Assembly: GCF_030684315.1 (NCBI RefSeq)
Contig: NC_081385.1
Span: forward strand, 6,188,341 to 6,252,340
Direction of reading: 5' to 3'
DNA length: 64,000 bases
Source of the DNA: Stegostoma tigrinum
Taxonomy: Eukaryota
In this document: in pieces, positions 13,216 to 26,940 of the stretch
How the letters are laid out: each line of letters opens with the position of its first letter
Numbering within the stretch: position 1 is the first letter of the stretch
Made by a program: the position numbers and the translations under genes
Notes under the pieces: generated by a model
The model's input: the letters and a program-made list of their open reading frames with translations, nothing else
Told to the model about the DNA's origin: nothing
The model's database searches: none

Positions 13216-14114
13216 GAGGTGTAGGGGGATAGTCTAGAGCTTGGAATCGAGAGAATTAAAGGAATGGCCACCGATGTTGGAACAAGAAGGCAGCTCACCA
13301 CCACCTTGTCAAGGGCAACTCGGGATGGGCAAGAAATGCTGGCCAGCCAGCAACACCCACATTCCATAAATGAATAGGAAAAAAGAATTAAAATCAGTGA
13401 AGCTCATTAGGACAAACATAGAGGAGTGCAGACAACTTGGAGGTTGTGGAGCCAGATACGATTACAGACACGGGGGAGACTGTGTGACCATGAAGGTATT
13501 TGAAAGCAAGGATGAGAATTTTAAAATCATGACATTGCTTGACTGGGAGATAATTTAGGTCAATGGGCAGAGAGGTAATAGTAGAATGGAATTTGGTGCC
13601 AATTAAGACATGTCCAAAGATAAATGAACATTCCAGCGCTCTAAATACATACTAGCCAAATGTTGTGCAAATTAACCTATTTCCAGCTCAATAGAACGTT
13701 GTCACAAAGCCAGGCTGAAATTCAATGTTAGTTGATGTGTAGAGGCTCCATTTTAAACATTATGATCCACAAGCAGTCATATAGTGTGTAGAGTGACGTG
13801 AGAGCATATATTACAGTGCCCTATGAAAACCAGATCAATAGGAGAAGAGGTGAAATGAATGCTAATGAAATATTTGAGAGTGGACCAGTCGAAAAGGGAT
13901 GGTGTTGGCGCCATATGAAGACAGATTTGCCAGGCTTGTGTGTAAGATTATAAAGGTCAGTGCCAGTGTGCAGCTGCACCTGTCACTCGCTGGAAATTAA
14001 TTTCACTTTTGTGCTTTGAAGTATAGCTAGGCTGAACTATGATTTAAAAGGGATGTCACATTCCAGGATTCTCAATGGGTGTTATGTCCTGAGACTATCC
14101 TGTGACAGCAGTTC

Positions 14115-14135
14115 ATCTCTTTCCATGGTGCTGAT
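14115..14135 (-). promoter_or_regulatory. RE1/NRSE-like (REST-binding) motif
   Basis: Minus strand reads aTCAGCACCATGGAAAGAGAT versus consensus TTCAGCACCACGGACAGCGCC. Left half-site and 2-nt spacer are intact; one mismatch in the GGACAG half. Confidence 0.35.
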
Positions 14136-14744
14136 TTGGTCAGATTGAGAAAAGCAATCTATTATCTGTGCTGTATGAAGTGTGTCAGAGGTTACACAAA
14201 CATCAGGAATGATCAGCTCAATTGTCTATGATGTTGGTTGGGGATTAATACTAGCCCAGGAGGCATTCCTATTCTTGTAAGTGGAATGCATTCTTTTAAA
14301 TCCACCAGCTAGAGCATATATGATCTCTGTTTAACATCACATCTAAAAGACAATGTAGCACTCTCTTGATACCGTCCTGGGATTTCAGCTTAGATGATGT
14401 GATAGGTTTCACCATGGGAACTGAACCCACAACATGCCAACTCAGAGATTATAATGCTAGCTCTGATAGCTGAGAGCTTGGTCCTGTAAAATTAACCAGC
14501 CCTACGTAATTTGGTTAATACTAACTTAAAAAATAAATAAACCTAATCAACAGCACCTGATTTAATTGAAAGTAACTTAATGTGTTAAAGATGGGGCACA
14601 TTCTGATTTTGCAATACACATCTTTCTTTCCAAATATCTCTGTCACAATTAGTATACATACTGTCAATTTTCACTTTCCATCATCTGATTTTAAAAGCTG
14701 AGACTTCATTAAAGAAAATTATTTTACAAAGGAATAAACACAAG

Positions 14745-17520
14745 TTCATAAGTTAATAAGATCTAGAAGCAGAATTAGGTCATTCAGCCCATTGAAGTCT
14801 CCTCCGCCATTCTATCATGGCTGGTATGCTCCTCACCCCCATTTTCCTGCCTTCTCCCCATAAACCTTCAGCCCATTGCCAATTAAAAATCTGTCTAACT
14901 CTTCCTTAAGTTTGCTCACTGTCCCAGCATCCGCGGCACTTTGGGATAGCAAATTCCATAGATTCACAACACTTTGGGAGAAGTAGTTTCTCCTCAACTG
15001 TTTTAAATTTGCTACCCCTTATCTTTAAACTATGATTCATCATTTTAGAATGCCCCACTAGAGGAAGCATCTGCTCCATGTCTATGTTATCCATACCTTT
15101 CAACGTCTTGAATACCTCAATTTGATCGCCGCTCATTCATCTAAATTCGAGACACTATAGGCCTAAACTGTTCAATCTCTCTTCATACAACAAGCCCCTC
15201 ATCTCTGGGATCAATCTAAAGAACCTCCTCTGAACCTGCCTCCGATGCCACTACATCTTTCCTCAAATAGGGAAACAAAAACTCTGCGTGGGCACTCCAG
15301 GTGCAGTCTCACCAATGCCTTGTATAGTTACAACAAGACTTCCTCATGTTCCTGTTCTATTCCTTTTGCTATAAAAGCCAACATTCCATTTGCTTTCTTT
15401 ATTATCAGATGTACCTGCATGCTAGTTTTCTATGTCTCAGGAATGAGGATACTCTACACTGGAGCTCCCTGTAGATAATAAGTCATTTTCCCATTTTTTC
15501 TGACCAAAATGCATGACTTCACACTTATCCACATTAAATTCCATCTGCCACATTTTGGCCCACTCTCGTAACCAATCTATATCCATTTGTAAGGTTCTTA
15601 TTTCCTCATTGCTATTTACTGTTGTGCCTATTTTTGTGTTGTCCGCAAAGTTGACCAGAGAGCCTTCTATCCCTGTATCCAAGTCATTAATATAGATTGT
15701 AAATAGCTGGAGTCAAAGGACCAAACCCCGTGGCACCCCACTAGTTACTTAATACCATCCAGAAAAGAAACCCATTTATCCCAAATCTCTGTCTTCTGTC
15801 CGTCAGCCAGTCACCTCTCCAAGCTAATAAATTATCCCAATCCCATGTGATCCAACCTTGTGAATTAACCTTTTGTGCAGCACTTTACCAAAAGCCTTCC
15901 GGAATTCACAAATATTCCATCGACAGGATCGCATTTATCCACTTGTTACATCTTTGAAGAGCTCTAGCAAATTAGTCAAACACGATTTGCCCTTCATGAA
16001 ACCATGCTGATTCTGGTGGATAGTGTTTTGACTTTCTGAATGTCTAATCCTAACAGTTTGCCAAGTACCTTTTCATTATTGATGTTGGTTGTTCTAAGTT
16101 GTAGCCTTTCTATTGTCTCTGACTTGCCTGTTCCAGTGGGAATGGTACTATTGTCCTCCACCATGAAAACTGAGGTAAAGTATTGATTTAGTTTCTCTGC
16201 GATTTCAGCGTTCCCTACTATTGACTCTTCAGTTTCATCCTCCAAGAGACCAACATTCACCTTACCAACTCTCTTTGCTTTTAAATACCTGTAGAAGCTT
16301 TTATCATCCTTTTGATATTTTGCACTAGTTTTCTTTTATAATTTACCATAGTTCTTTTTAATAATTTTTTAGTATCCCTTTATTTATGTTTGGAAGTTTC
16401 CCAAATCCTCCAGCCTGCCACTGGCCATTGCAGTATGGTATCCCTGAGTTTTTGACTTTATATTACCCTTGACCTCCTTGTTTAGCCATGGATTGTTTTT
16501 CGCTCCCTTACCATCTTTCTTCCTCACTGGGATATAGTTTAGTTGTGAGGAATTGGGTAGGTCCTTAAATAACTGCCACTGCTCATTTGCCATCTTACCT
16601 TTTAGCTTTCCTCCCCAATCTACTCGGCCAAATCTGTTCTCGTGCCTCTGTAATTTCCTTTGTTTAATTCCAGAACACCTCTTTGGGACTGCACTTTCTC
16701 ATCTCCAAACTGAAGTTTGAATTCCTGTTGGAATAATCCCTAGAGGATCCTTAACTATGATGTCATCAATTAATCCCTCTTCATTAAACAATAATAAATC
16801 CAGAGTAGCCTGCTCCCTGTTCCACCACATACTGCTCCAAGAAACAATCTCTAATACACTCAATGAACTCTGTCTCCAGCTACCCTTGCCAATTTAATTC
16901 TTTCACTCTGTGTGCATGTTAAAGTCACCAATGCTTATTGCCATACCTTTCTTGCAAGCCTCTAATATTTCCTGGTTTATACTGTGCCCCTCCGCAGAAC
17001 TACTGTTTGGGGAACCTATAGATTATTCCCAACGAGTACTTCACCCCTTTGCTGTTTCTTATTTCTACCCAAACTGATTCCACAGCTTACAGACAAAAGA
17101 ATCTACAGATGCTAGAATCTAGGTAGACAAACAGGAGGCTGGAAAACAGCAAGGCAGGCAGCATCTGGAGGAAAGGAGCAGTCAATGTTCCTGACTGTAA
17201 TATCTGAAATGTTGTCTATTCCTTTCCTGCAGATGCTGCCTTACTGTGCACTTTCACATTTTGATCTCCCGTGCTTATGTCATTTCTCATTACAGCACTG
17301 ATCCCTTCCTTCACCAGCAAAGCTACACCACCCGCTTTTCCTTTCAGTCTATCCCTCCGAAATGTCGTGCACCCTCGTGTATTCAATTCCCAGACCTTGT
17401 AACCGTGTCTCAGTAATCGCTACGAAATCATAACTGTTTGTTTCAATCTGTGCCATTAACACATTAATTTTGTTTTGAATGCTTTATGCATTTAGATACA
17501 AATCTTTTAAATTTGTACTA
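14745..17520 (-). mobile_element. Long decayed CR1 LINE (endonuclease to RT to 3' tail), interrupted at about 17095-17255
   Basis: FADNTKIG...WQMEFNVDKCEVMHFG (RT), AEKLNQYFTSVF and PWLNKEV linker motifs; many stops and deletions. Confidence 0.88.
17095..17255. mobile_element. Decayed fold-back insertion of Penelope pseudo-LTR tails
   Basis: Arms 'ggcagcatctggaggaaaggagcagtcaatgtt' and 'aatgttgtctattcctttcctgcagatgctgcc' are imperfect reverse complements, inside the CR1. Confidence 0.6.
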
Positions 17521-17924
17521 CTGGTAAATTTCCCAACTCTTTTATAAACTCATGGTGCATAAGGATCTGTTCTGTCCCTCACCTTTATTGTCTGGTAACC
17601 ATCCTCCACATCGCCAACAGCATAGACTTTGCATGGTGGCTGTAGTCATCTGACCAGTTTGAGCCAAGCTGAAACCAATGCAGGATGAAGACAGAGAGAC
17701 TGCACCAAAATTAATATTTTATCAAAACGTATTCAAACTCAGTCAGGCATGAAGAAACCATATCTCTGGTTTTGACTGCTCTGCAAGTTTCACATGCTGT
17801 GATCAAAAAAGCCACCTGCTCATCATCCAGCTTGAGAAAAAAAACACCCTGCTGCCTGACAGGGAAATACACAAGTGAACTACACTTCTGGGAAACAGCT
17901 TTGGGCAAGTGAAAGAAAGAACAT

Positions 17925-18172
17925 GAATGGGTTGAGGAGTGACAGATGGAGTTTAATTTGTATGAATGCGAGGTGTTGCATTTTGGTAAAGCGAACAAGG
18001 GTCTAGGCCTGAAACATCAGCTTTTATGCTCCTAAGATGCTTCTTGGCCTGCTGTGTTCATCCAGCTCCACACTTTGTTATCTTGGCAAATGGGACTTGT
18101 TTAGTTTGGAAAACTTGGTTGGCTTGGACAAATCGGACTGAAGGGTTTGTTTCTGTGCTATGACTCTATGAG
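17925..18172 (+). mobile_element. CR1 fragments joined by a Penelope pseudo-LTR tail (about 17997-18086)
   Basis: WQMEFN..CEVLHFG-like DNA, then 'aagggtctaggcctgaaacatcagc...', then a CR1 3' tail. Confidence 0.7.
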
Positions 18173-20334
18173 TTTCTCCACCCCCATTGCCGTCTCCTCA
18201 TTTCGAAAGCTAGCACCAGTGATGAAACAAAACAAAGAAACCTCCATTCATCAAGAATTCAAGATTCCACAAATTTTAATACTGATGAAGATACAAGACA
18301 TCTTCTAAACAGCTGTGATATCTGGCTCAACTATAAAAATTCCAGGATTCTTTAAGAACTTTTAAAGCTGCATATTCTTTACTTGCCACCTATTAGATCT
18401 TTCCCCTTTTAAAACAACTTATACCGTGTTTGTGTCTTTGTTTGATGTTGTGGTTGTTTCGCACATTTAGTAGGTGCTAAATGAATCATTCCTTCACACA
18501 ATAAATCCCAATAATTGGGTCCTTAATTTTGACTAACTCTGGATTTTGATTGAGGTGTGATGTAACTGCATGATGTAAAGAAATAAAAACATTAGTTGTG
18601 ACTGGCTAAATGGGTCAAAAAAACCATCTTTACCTGGTTATAATACCTCCCTATCTCTGTGATCGCCTCCAGGCTCACAACCCTTCATATACTTCTCTGG
18701 TCCTCGCCTCTTGCACATTCCCCTTTTTTTTGTACGAAATGTGACTATACCTTCAGCTAACCAGGGCCTTAATTCCAGAATTCCTTTCCTAAACTTTTCT
18801 GCTTCTCTTTTCTCCTTTAATGTGTTCCTGAAAACTAATCTCATTGGCCAAGCTTTAAGTCACTTGTCCTAATATCTCATCATGCACCTTGCTCTTAAAT
18901 CTTGTCTGGCAATGCTACTGTGAGGCTCCTTTGACAGATTAAACATTCAACATAAATGCTAGTTGTTGTGGCTGTTTGAGCAGGACTCTCAGCCGACAGT
19001 CAACGTATTCATGTAGACATTCAATTTGAAAAGAGTCAACTATATTGTTTGAGGGAGTGCAGTCACATGTACACGAGACCAGCAGTTTCTTTCACTAAAG
19101 GACATTAGTGAGCTACATGAGCTTTTTTTCCCCCAACAATGATGTCATGGTCATCATCAAAATCTTAATTCCAGATTTTCTAAAAAATAATTGAATTCAA
19201 ACTTCACCATCTGCCATGGTGGGATTCAAACCTGGGTCGCTGGATAAAGAGTCTGCTATTAATACCGCCAGGCCATCACCTCCCTATGTTGCACCAATGA
19301 GGTAACAGACTCATTCTACATCGTCTGCTGTGGACCCAGTGCTCACAATGTCAGTCCAGACTTCATCTTTTACTTCGCAGTACCCAGGCGAGTTACATAG
19401 GAGTGGTATCCATGTTTTTTTGTTAACTGTGAGAAGTCCTTTCCTCTATTTCCTTCAAGTGATGAGGATTTGATGTAACTGAGGTGACTATTAGCAGTTG
19501 ATCCCAGTCTCTGTGATGCAGTTGGTCAGTGTGTTTGCCTGTAAACTAAAGTGCTGGTAGTTTAGGACCATCCAGGAGCAAAGGTATCACCAATTAAGAT
19601 CTTATGGTGCAGTGACAGTGTCCCTACTTCTGTGTCAAAAGACCTAGGTTTAAGTCCTGATTCTTCCAGAGGCGTGTCATAACAGGTTGCATTTAAAAAT
19701 GTCAACATAGCAGTCACATGAAATTCTTGTGTTGGCTGTTATTATTTGAACCAACCTGCTTAGATACACTATGAACTACATTCAGACTTGAACCCAGATC
19801 ACCTGGCCCAGGGGTAGGGACACTGCTGCTGCACCACAAAGCCCCTTTTCAAATAAAATGTTAGTCTCATACCCAATTTTAAAAACTTAATCTATTTTTC
19901 TAATCAGTCTGTTCAGAGATGCTGTGACACATCATTTGAGCTATTGGGACCTAAATTTGAACCTCCTGGCTCAGGAGGACAGGCATTACCACTGCACCAC
20001 AAGAGGGCCCCAACACAAAATCCTCTCTTGCTTGACTTTTTATTGAAAGTACACAGGTTGTTGAGTTTAAATTAATTGATACTTTCATTACTTACATCCC
20101 ACTTCACAAGTTACTATTGTTTTCAGAATGGCAAAGATAAGTATTTTAGTCATTTTCTGAATATGGGATGGAGCTCGTGATCTGTTCCGCTTGGGATTAT
20201 TCATTTTGCATTATTGTCAATGTTTTTATGCAAGTGATACAATGCACTGAACAAAAAAGGTTAAAAAAACTGAGATTTGTGTTTCCGTCAAACTTGACGT
20301 AGAGAGGGTGCACTACACAAGTGTATATTTGTCC

Positions 20335-22480
20335 AGCACCCCCTTCACTTTAACCTCAGTGGTAGGGAAGCTTACAAAAATGATACTAGTAACTCAGGAC
20401 AAAAGTAACCATAAGTTGGAAGTGTGCATATTAATTAAAGAAGGTCAGCATGGATTTGTGAGGGGAATTAATTATGTTGGGTTAACATGTTGAGAGGTTT
20501 TCATGTGGTAATTGAGAGGGATGATAAAGATAGTGCAATAGATGTGATGTTTATAGATATTCAAAGTACTAAATAGCAGGCTTCTCAGCAAAGTTTAAAA
20601 ATGTGCAGGCGAGGTGGATTGGCTATGCTAAATTGCCCATAGTGCCCAGGCATGTTTAGGTTAGGTGAGTTAGACATGGGAAGTACAGGGTTAGGGGAAT
20701 GGGTCGAGGTGGAATGCTCTTCAGAGGGTCAGTGTGGACTTGTTGGGCCAAATGGCCTGTTTCCATACTGTAGGGATTCTATGATTTTAAAGCTGAAACC
20801 TAATTTAAAAACAGGGACAACAACAGAACGGATGCAAAGTTGGTTGAGTGGAATGGTGGAAGTAGGTTCAATTAAGTCATTCAAGAGGGTATTGGATAAA
20901 TTAGATAGAAATGGTGTTCAGGATATGGAGAAAAGGCAGGAAATTAGCACTAGATAATAGAACAGTATTGACACAATGGGCTGAATGGCATCCTTTTGAA
21001 CTGTAACAATTCTGTCATTCTGATGGGCAGGAAATAGAGAGTAGAGGTGAATGGTTGTTTTCAGTTTACCGTGAGCTCCCCAAATGCCAGCTCATGCACA
21101 CAGCTTCTCATGATCTATATTAATGATGGGGAGTGAGGTGTGTAGGGCATTATGAGAATTTGTAAATGACACAGAACTTGGAAGTATTGTGAAATGTGAG
21201 GAAGACAGTGATGGACTGCAAGAGGATATACATAGGCTGGTAGAACAGACTGACAAACACACGACAGGGAAGTGTGCAACTATAAATTGAGTAGGAATAA
21301 GGAGGAGACCAAATGTAAAGGAAAATATGCGGAAATAGGGTGTCTTGGGCCATATGTGTGTCTGAACCATTGAAGGCATCAGGACAAGTTGAGAAAGTGG
21401 TTACAGGACATTAAGGACCCTGTGCTTTATATAAAACAAAGGTAAAGTCTTCATAGTTTTACCAGACCATAGAGCTGCTCTTCAGTTACAGACAGGCAAC
21501 TGGTGGTAATTTAACCTGAGGGGCAGCACATTTTAGGTAAGAGGAGAGAATGAGAAGGAGAGGACTTCATGGTAACCTTAGCTGGTGTGGGAATTGAACC
21601 CCAAACTGTATGAATCACTCCACATCACAAACCAGCTATCCAGCCAACTGAGCCAAAACAATCCCCATAAATGCATATGAGGTCCCCAATTTATGAATAT
21701 CTGAATATTCAAATCATGCTTACAGACACAACCCGTATAGGGTTGTAATTTTAAAGGTCCAAGCATTTTCTGTACTTATGAATGGCTCATTAATATTGTC
21801 CTGCATTGTGTTTCGAGTTATGGACAAATTGATTTGCGAATAGACTCGAGATTGGAACCTGTTCACAATTCAGTAACGCCCTGTGGAGGCATAGACCCTG
21901 GAAGCAGGAAACTTATTGCGAACCTTTGCAAAACCATGGTTAAGTCTTAACTGTGTGTGCTATACTTTTGAGAAAATGTGTAGGATTTAAAGAAGCTGCT
22001 GAAACAATTCACAGGAACAATTCTAAGAATAAGGCATTTCAATTACTGCATAAATTGGAGAGCTAAGGTCATTCTCTTTGCAGGATGTTCAAAGGAGATA
22101 ATGAGAACTGCAGATGCTGGAGAGTCCGAGATAACAAAGTGTGAAGCTGGATGAACACAGCAGGCCAAGCAGCATCTTAGGAGCACAAAAGCTGACGTTT
22201 TGGGCCAAGACCCTTCATCAGAAAGGTCTATGCCTGAAACGTCAGCTTTTGTGTTCCTAAGATGCTGCTTGGCCTGCTGTGTTCATCCAGCTTCACACTT
22301 TGTTATCTCAATGTTCAAGGGAGATTGGGTAACAGTTTCCAAGATCTATAGAGATCTAAACAGAATGGTTAGAGGGCACAGATTTAAGGGGATCAGAAAA
22401 TATGGAAACTGAATCAATGACAACGTGAGGAAAGTTACTTTTACGCAGTGAATGCTGAAGATGTTGTTCAGCTTAGCGAC
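20335..22480 (+). mobile_element. Fragmented old CR1 LINE with nested SINE pieces (20600-20785, 21460-21660) and a fold-back insert
   Basis: LTSVVGKL...QHGF RT motif in ORF 20308; downstream RT and 3' remnants. Confidence 0.65.
22100..22310. mobile_element. Fold-back (inverted) pair of Penelope pseudo-LTR tails with hammerhead-like motif at the apex
   Basis: 22128-22212 is the near-perfect reverse complement of about 22228-22309. TSD atgttcaa(a/g)ggagat at 22085-22099 and 22311-22325. Confidence 0.88.
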
Positions 22481-23269
22481 CATAACTGTTTCCATCAGGA
22501 ATCTGGACATGGTGTCCAGTTTGCTGTCAACCCCTCTGGACTGTCCATCCGCATCGATGATGCAGGTGAAGTCTAGTGACTGGATGACCACCTGGACTCT
22601 ACTAGCAGCAGTCGGAGGTGCTGCAGGATGGCCAGCCGTTTGCTCTGTAGCACTGGGGTGTTGACATTAAATAGTCTCAGGGAAAGCTTGTCGATCATTT
22701 TTCATGGGGGACTTCAAAGTTCACGAAATCCGAGTCATTGAGTTTTCAACAGTCTCCTGAAGTTGTCACTTTACATGAAGGAGTTGAGGATGTTAATGAG
22801 CAGCATCTCCCTTCACCTCCTCTTTTGGAATCTACAACGCCACTGTCTATCAGATTGATTTCCGTGTTTTCCAGCATTCCCAGGGCTGGTGCCAACATGC
22901 CCAATCCCCTGGACGCTACCATACCCACCTATTCCTTCCAAACCAATCTCTTAAAATTGGAACAGAACAAAATTTGGATACCAGAACAAGTGACCATCAA
23001 AGAGATGGAGACTGAGAGTAAGTTGGACAGTTAGGAGATACAGCTGTGACGGCAGCAAATTTTCAAAACTTTCCAGCACAGGAGGTTTGGGGACCCTCAT
23101 AGGACCGAATGCAATTGCTACACGGTTGGAACACAGCCTCCTCCATACTGGAAAAATGGTCCCTCTCATCCCTTTTAGTTCTTTGACAAGACTGTCTCTG
23201 CCAAAGCGAGGATTTTGAATTAACCTTGAACTGAGTAACTTGTAACAGCCATTTCAGAGACCAGTTGAG

Positions 23270-23885
23270 ACATTTATTTGTTCATGAATGTGAGTTTCAC
23301 TGGCTGTGGCAGTGTTTATCGACTTTCTCTAATTGCCCTGTGGGCAGTTAAGAGTCAACCATATTGCTGTGGGTCGGAATTCACAGATATGTTATACTAA
23401 ATAGGGATGACAGATTTCCTTCTCTAAAGGGTAATACTGAACAAGATGAGATTTTCAGATAATTGACAACAGTTTCGTGGCCATCATTAGACTCTTATTT
23501 CCAGATTTTTATTGAATTCAAATCCCATCACCTGCTACGATGGGATTTGAACCATGTCCCCAGAATATTAGTCTTAGGTGATTGGATTACTAGTCACTAC
23601 ATTAGCACTATGTCACCACTTCTCCAAAACCATGCTGTGTAGGTCTGGAATCACAAGAGGGCTAGACAGGGAAAGGATGGTAAATTTTCTTCCTGAAAGG
23701 ACGTTAGTGAATCAGATGGGACGTTGCAACAAACAATAATAGTTTCATTATCACCATTACAGAAACCCTAGATTTTTATGAATTTAATTGAATTTCCACT
23801 AGCTGCTTTGGTTGAATTTGAACTCATGGCCCCAGAGGTTTAGCCCTATACTTATGCTCAGTTACCACAATATCACCATCTTCTC
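23270..23885 (-). mobile_element. Two tandem shark SINE copies (SacSINE1-like)
   Basis: tRNA-like head 'gtggtgacatagtgctaatgtagt...ggttcaaatccca' and shared body. Further copies at about 19060-19285(-), 24360-24690(+), 31410-31665(-), 47985-48270(+), 50158-50523(-) and 54985-55340(+). Family name from recall, not from a search. Confidence 0.6.
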
Positions 23886-26549
23886 AATTATCCATTTACT
23901 CCCATATTCTTACTCGTTCTCCACATTACGCTAGATTCAAAGAATTATTGATATGCCAGGGTGCAACTTCATTGTCAGTTTGGCTTCCCTTTAGGACCAG
24001 GATTAGATTTGAAAACGTGCCTGACATCGCTCACAACATAAAACGTCCAGCTCTTAAGGTCATAAGAATCTTGATTGAGTATATACAAAGAGGGTGACAT
24101 AAATAAAAAAAAAACAAATAAACACACTGAAGTACCCTTTAGATATTTCAGATGTAGAATTAATGTACAACGCATTAATAATATACATAGTTCATTGACA
24201 GTTGCTCATTGGTCTTCCATCTGATGCGTGCATTAACTAATCTCTATTTACTGCACTTACATCTCAGTTACAGGAACATTGCCAGAGGTCACTTCGTGCA
24301 ATTAACTCTGCAGGCACTGAACTTTTGTTATCAAATTAATTCTGAAAGGATTCGCATGGTGGCAGGGTCACTGGATTAGTAATCAAGGGTGACTAGGATC
24401 TGGGGGTGTGAGTTGAAAACCCAAGTTGGTAATTAGTAAAATTTCTTCGGTAATTCCAGAAAATAAAGCTGGCCTCAATATTGGTGATTGAGGGTTATGA
24501 ATACTCAAATGCTCACTCATACCCTTTAGGAAAGGAAATAGCCATCTTTACCCAGTCGGGCCTTCATGTGACTCCAGATCCACAATAGTGTGATTAAATC
24601 TTAGTAGCCTAGTGGTTCATTCAATTCAATTCAAGAGCAATTAGGGATTGGCAATAAATACCTGCCAGGTCACTGATGCCCATGTAAGAGAATAACTATA
24701 ACATTTTGCCTATAATGGTTTGAATGATCTCCTACCAGGTTGTGCCAGTCTATAATTCTAAAGAAGCAATTAGAATCGTAGAAACAATTAATAAAATTAA
24801 CTAACATTCATTACTTCAGAAGCACAGGATGTTTACAGTGCTGAAGGAGGTCATGTAGCTCATTGTGTCTGCACCTGAAAGCACAGATATCTAGTGAGAA
24901 GCACAAGGGCTTGATGAAGAATAGGAGGCTCAAGATCATTTGGCCCATTGAGCATCATCCTCCACAGATTTTGAACCATTTCCTTTTGTGATAGGTTCTC
25001 ATGATTCCAACAACAACTTGCATTTATGTAGCACCTTCAATGCAGTATAACAACCCATTGAAATTTTAAACAAAGTGACCCAAAATTATGCTTCTGTGAC
25101 AACTTCTGTCACCCCTCTAAGCTAATGAGGAAGTTCTCCTATTAATTAAAATTAACAGCTTTAAGACATAGTCCTCACAGTCAATGATATCCTACTGGTC
25201 AGATGATTCTGACAGCAATGCACATCAGTGCTGCATTACAGCTGAAGACCTGTGAATGAGAGAACATCAAGAGTTCAGGAAGCCCAGGAGAGAAACTGCC
25301 CCAAGAGAGATGAATTTGATATGATGCTAATCTGAGAGCAAATGAAGAGTTTGCAGTATTGCAGGGAGTGACAGTCTTACTCCATGTTGAGGAACAACTG
25401 GAGTTTTAATGGATCCAGACTGGTAGCAGTGAAGTTAGAGAGGGAACAGCCATTAAGAGTGCAGTATAGACACCCAAGGCCCAGGGAACAAAGCAACTCA
25501 CAGTACAGTTATAATAGTGTTCCCAGGAGATAAGAATAATGGTTTTGGCACAAATCATAGCAACTGGACAAACTTCTAGCTATCCCAACAGATTTCACAA
25601 AGGACACAGCCAATAATCCAATCTTGTCAGGAAATAGCATTGCGGTGTAGCATTTGATGACTTGCTTCCGGAGTAGGTTGAGGAATTTGAGCAAAGTTGG
25701 AAAGGTTGAGTTGAGACACTTAGAAAGTGTAGAGTTGACGGATTTACCAGGGATCTGGTGGCTGGGATAACGGAATATGGTCCTGAAAGTGATAACAAGA
25801 TGGTAGTTAGTTTGGGTTAAAATCAACCAATGGCAAAAGGTAGTTGTCCTAATTTTTGTTTCTATCTACAAAAGTATGACATTGCTGATGTCAAATCCAT
25901 TTGCTCATCTTCACTTCCCTACTCCTTCATATTCTATACCTAACCAAAAAATGACTGATCACAGCATTGAAAGCTCTTTTCATTTCTGTGGGACCATTAT
26001 GTTGGAATCAGGCAATAGAGTGAAGGAAGACAATTAGAATCATCGCTGGTGAGGACTCAATATTTTCTCTTGCAGCATAAAAGTTACACTCGTCTGCACA
26101 GCCCTGACACCTTAAACACATCATGAAGGAACAGGCAGCTGTTACCCACGAAATAAGAACCCAGCAGTTCCAAGTGAGCCAGGATCAAGACAAGGAGCTG
26201 CGGTAAGCAGAAATGTTTACTTGTCCAGATAGATTGCTTTGGTATGTGGCACAGTGAGGGCTGCTTGGCTCAGGATCTATTGCGGACTGCTCAGAGGGCA
26301 AGGGACATGAGTCTAGAAATAGGTACCTGCTCAATGTCAGACAGTAACTCAAACCTCAGCCAGGAAGCAACTCTCATTCCAAGGGCAGCTTGAGATAAAC
26401 TGGAGCTAATTAAATAAGGTGGCACAGAGACAAAATGGTCTCATGCTTGGACAGCGGGTAAGGAACGCAACAAACAGAATGTTATATTTGTCTTTCTTTC
26501 TTCCTGTTTGGAAATAATAGGGCAATGGAGGTTAGGATATGACTGATAT

Positions 26550-26758
26550 AAAAACAAAGTTGCTGGAAAAGCTCAGCAGGTCTGGCAGCATCTGTGACGG
26601 AAGAAAACAGAGTTAACGTTTCGGGTCTGGTGACCCTTCTTCTGACCCGAAACGTTAAATCTGTTTTCTCCTCCACAGATGCTGTCAGACCTGCTGAGCT
26701 TTTCCAGCAACTTTGTTTTTGTTCCTGATTCACAGCAGCGCAGTTCTTTTGGTTTTTA
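26550..26758. mobile_element. Fold-back element of a second pseudo-LTR family with hammerhead-like apex
   Basis: 26551-26627 is reverse-complementary to about 26644-26720; apex 'aacgtttcgggtctggtgacccttcttctgacccgaaacgtt'. Imperfect 16-bp TSD at 26532-26547 and 26760-26775 (3 mismatches). Confidence 0.85.
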
Positions 26759-26940
26759 ATTAGTATAGGGCTGATGTCTTACAACCCACCCTAAATAACC
26801 ATGCTTGCTGATTCCTTACCAAAACATTATTCAAATAAGGAGCCCCAAGTCCTGTTATTGTGGTTGCTTGTTAAAGCACAATAAGTGTACTTAAATTAAA
26901 TTATTTTTCAATTCTTGGTGTTACCAAGTCTGAGTATAAG

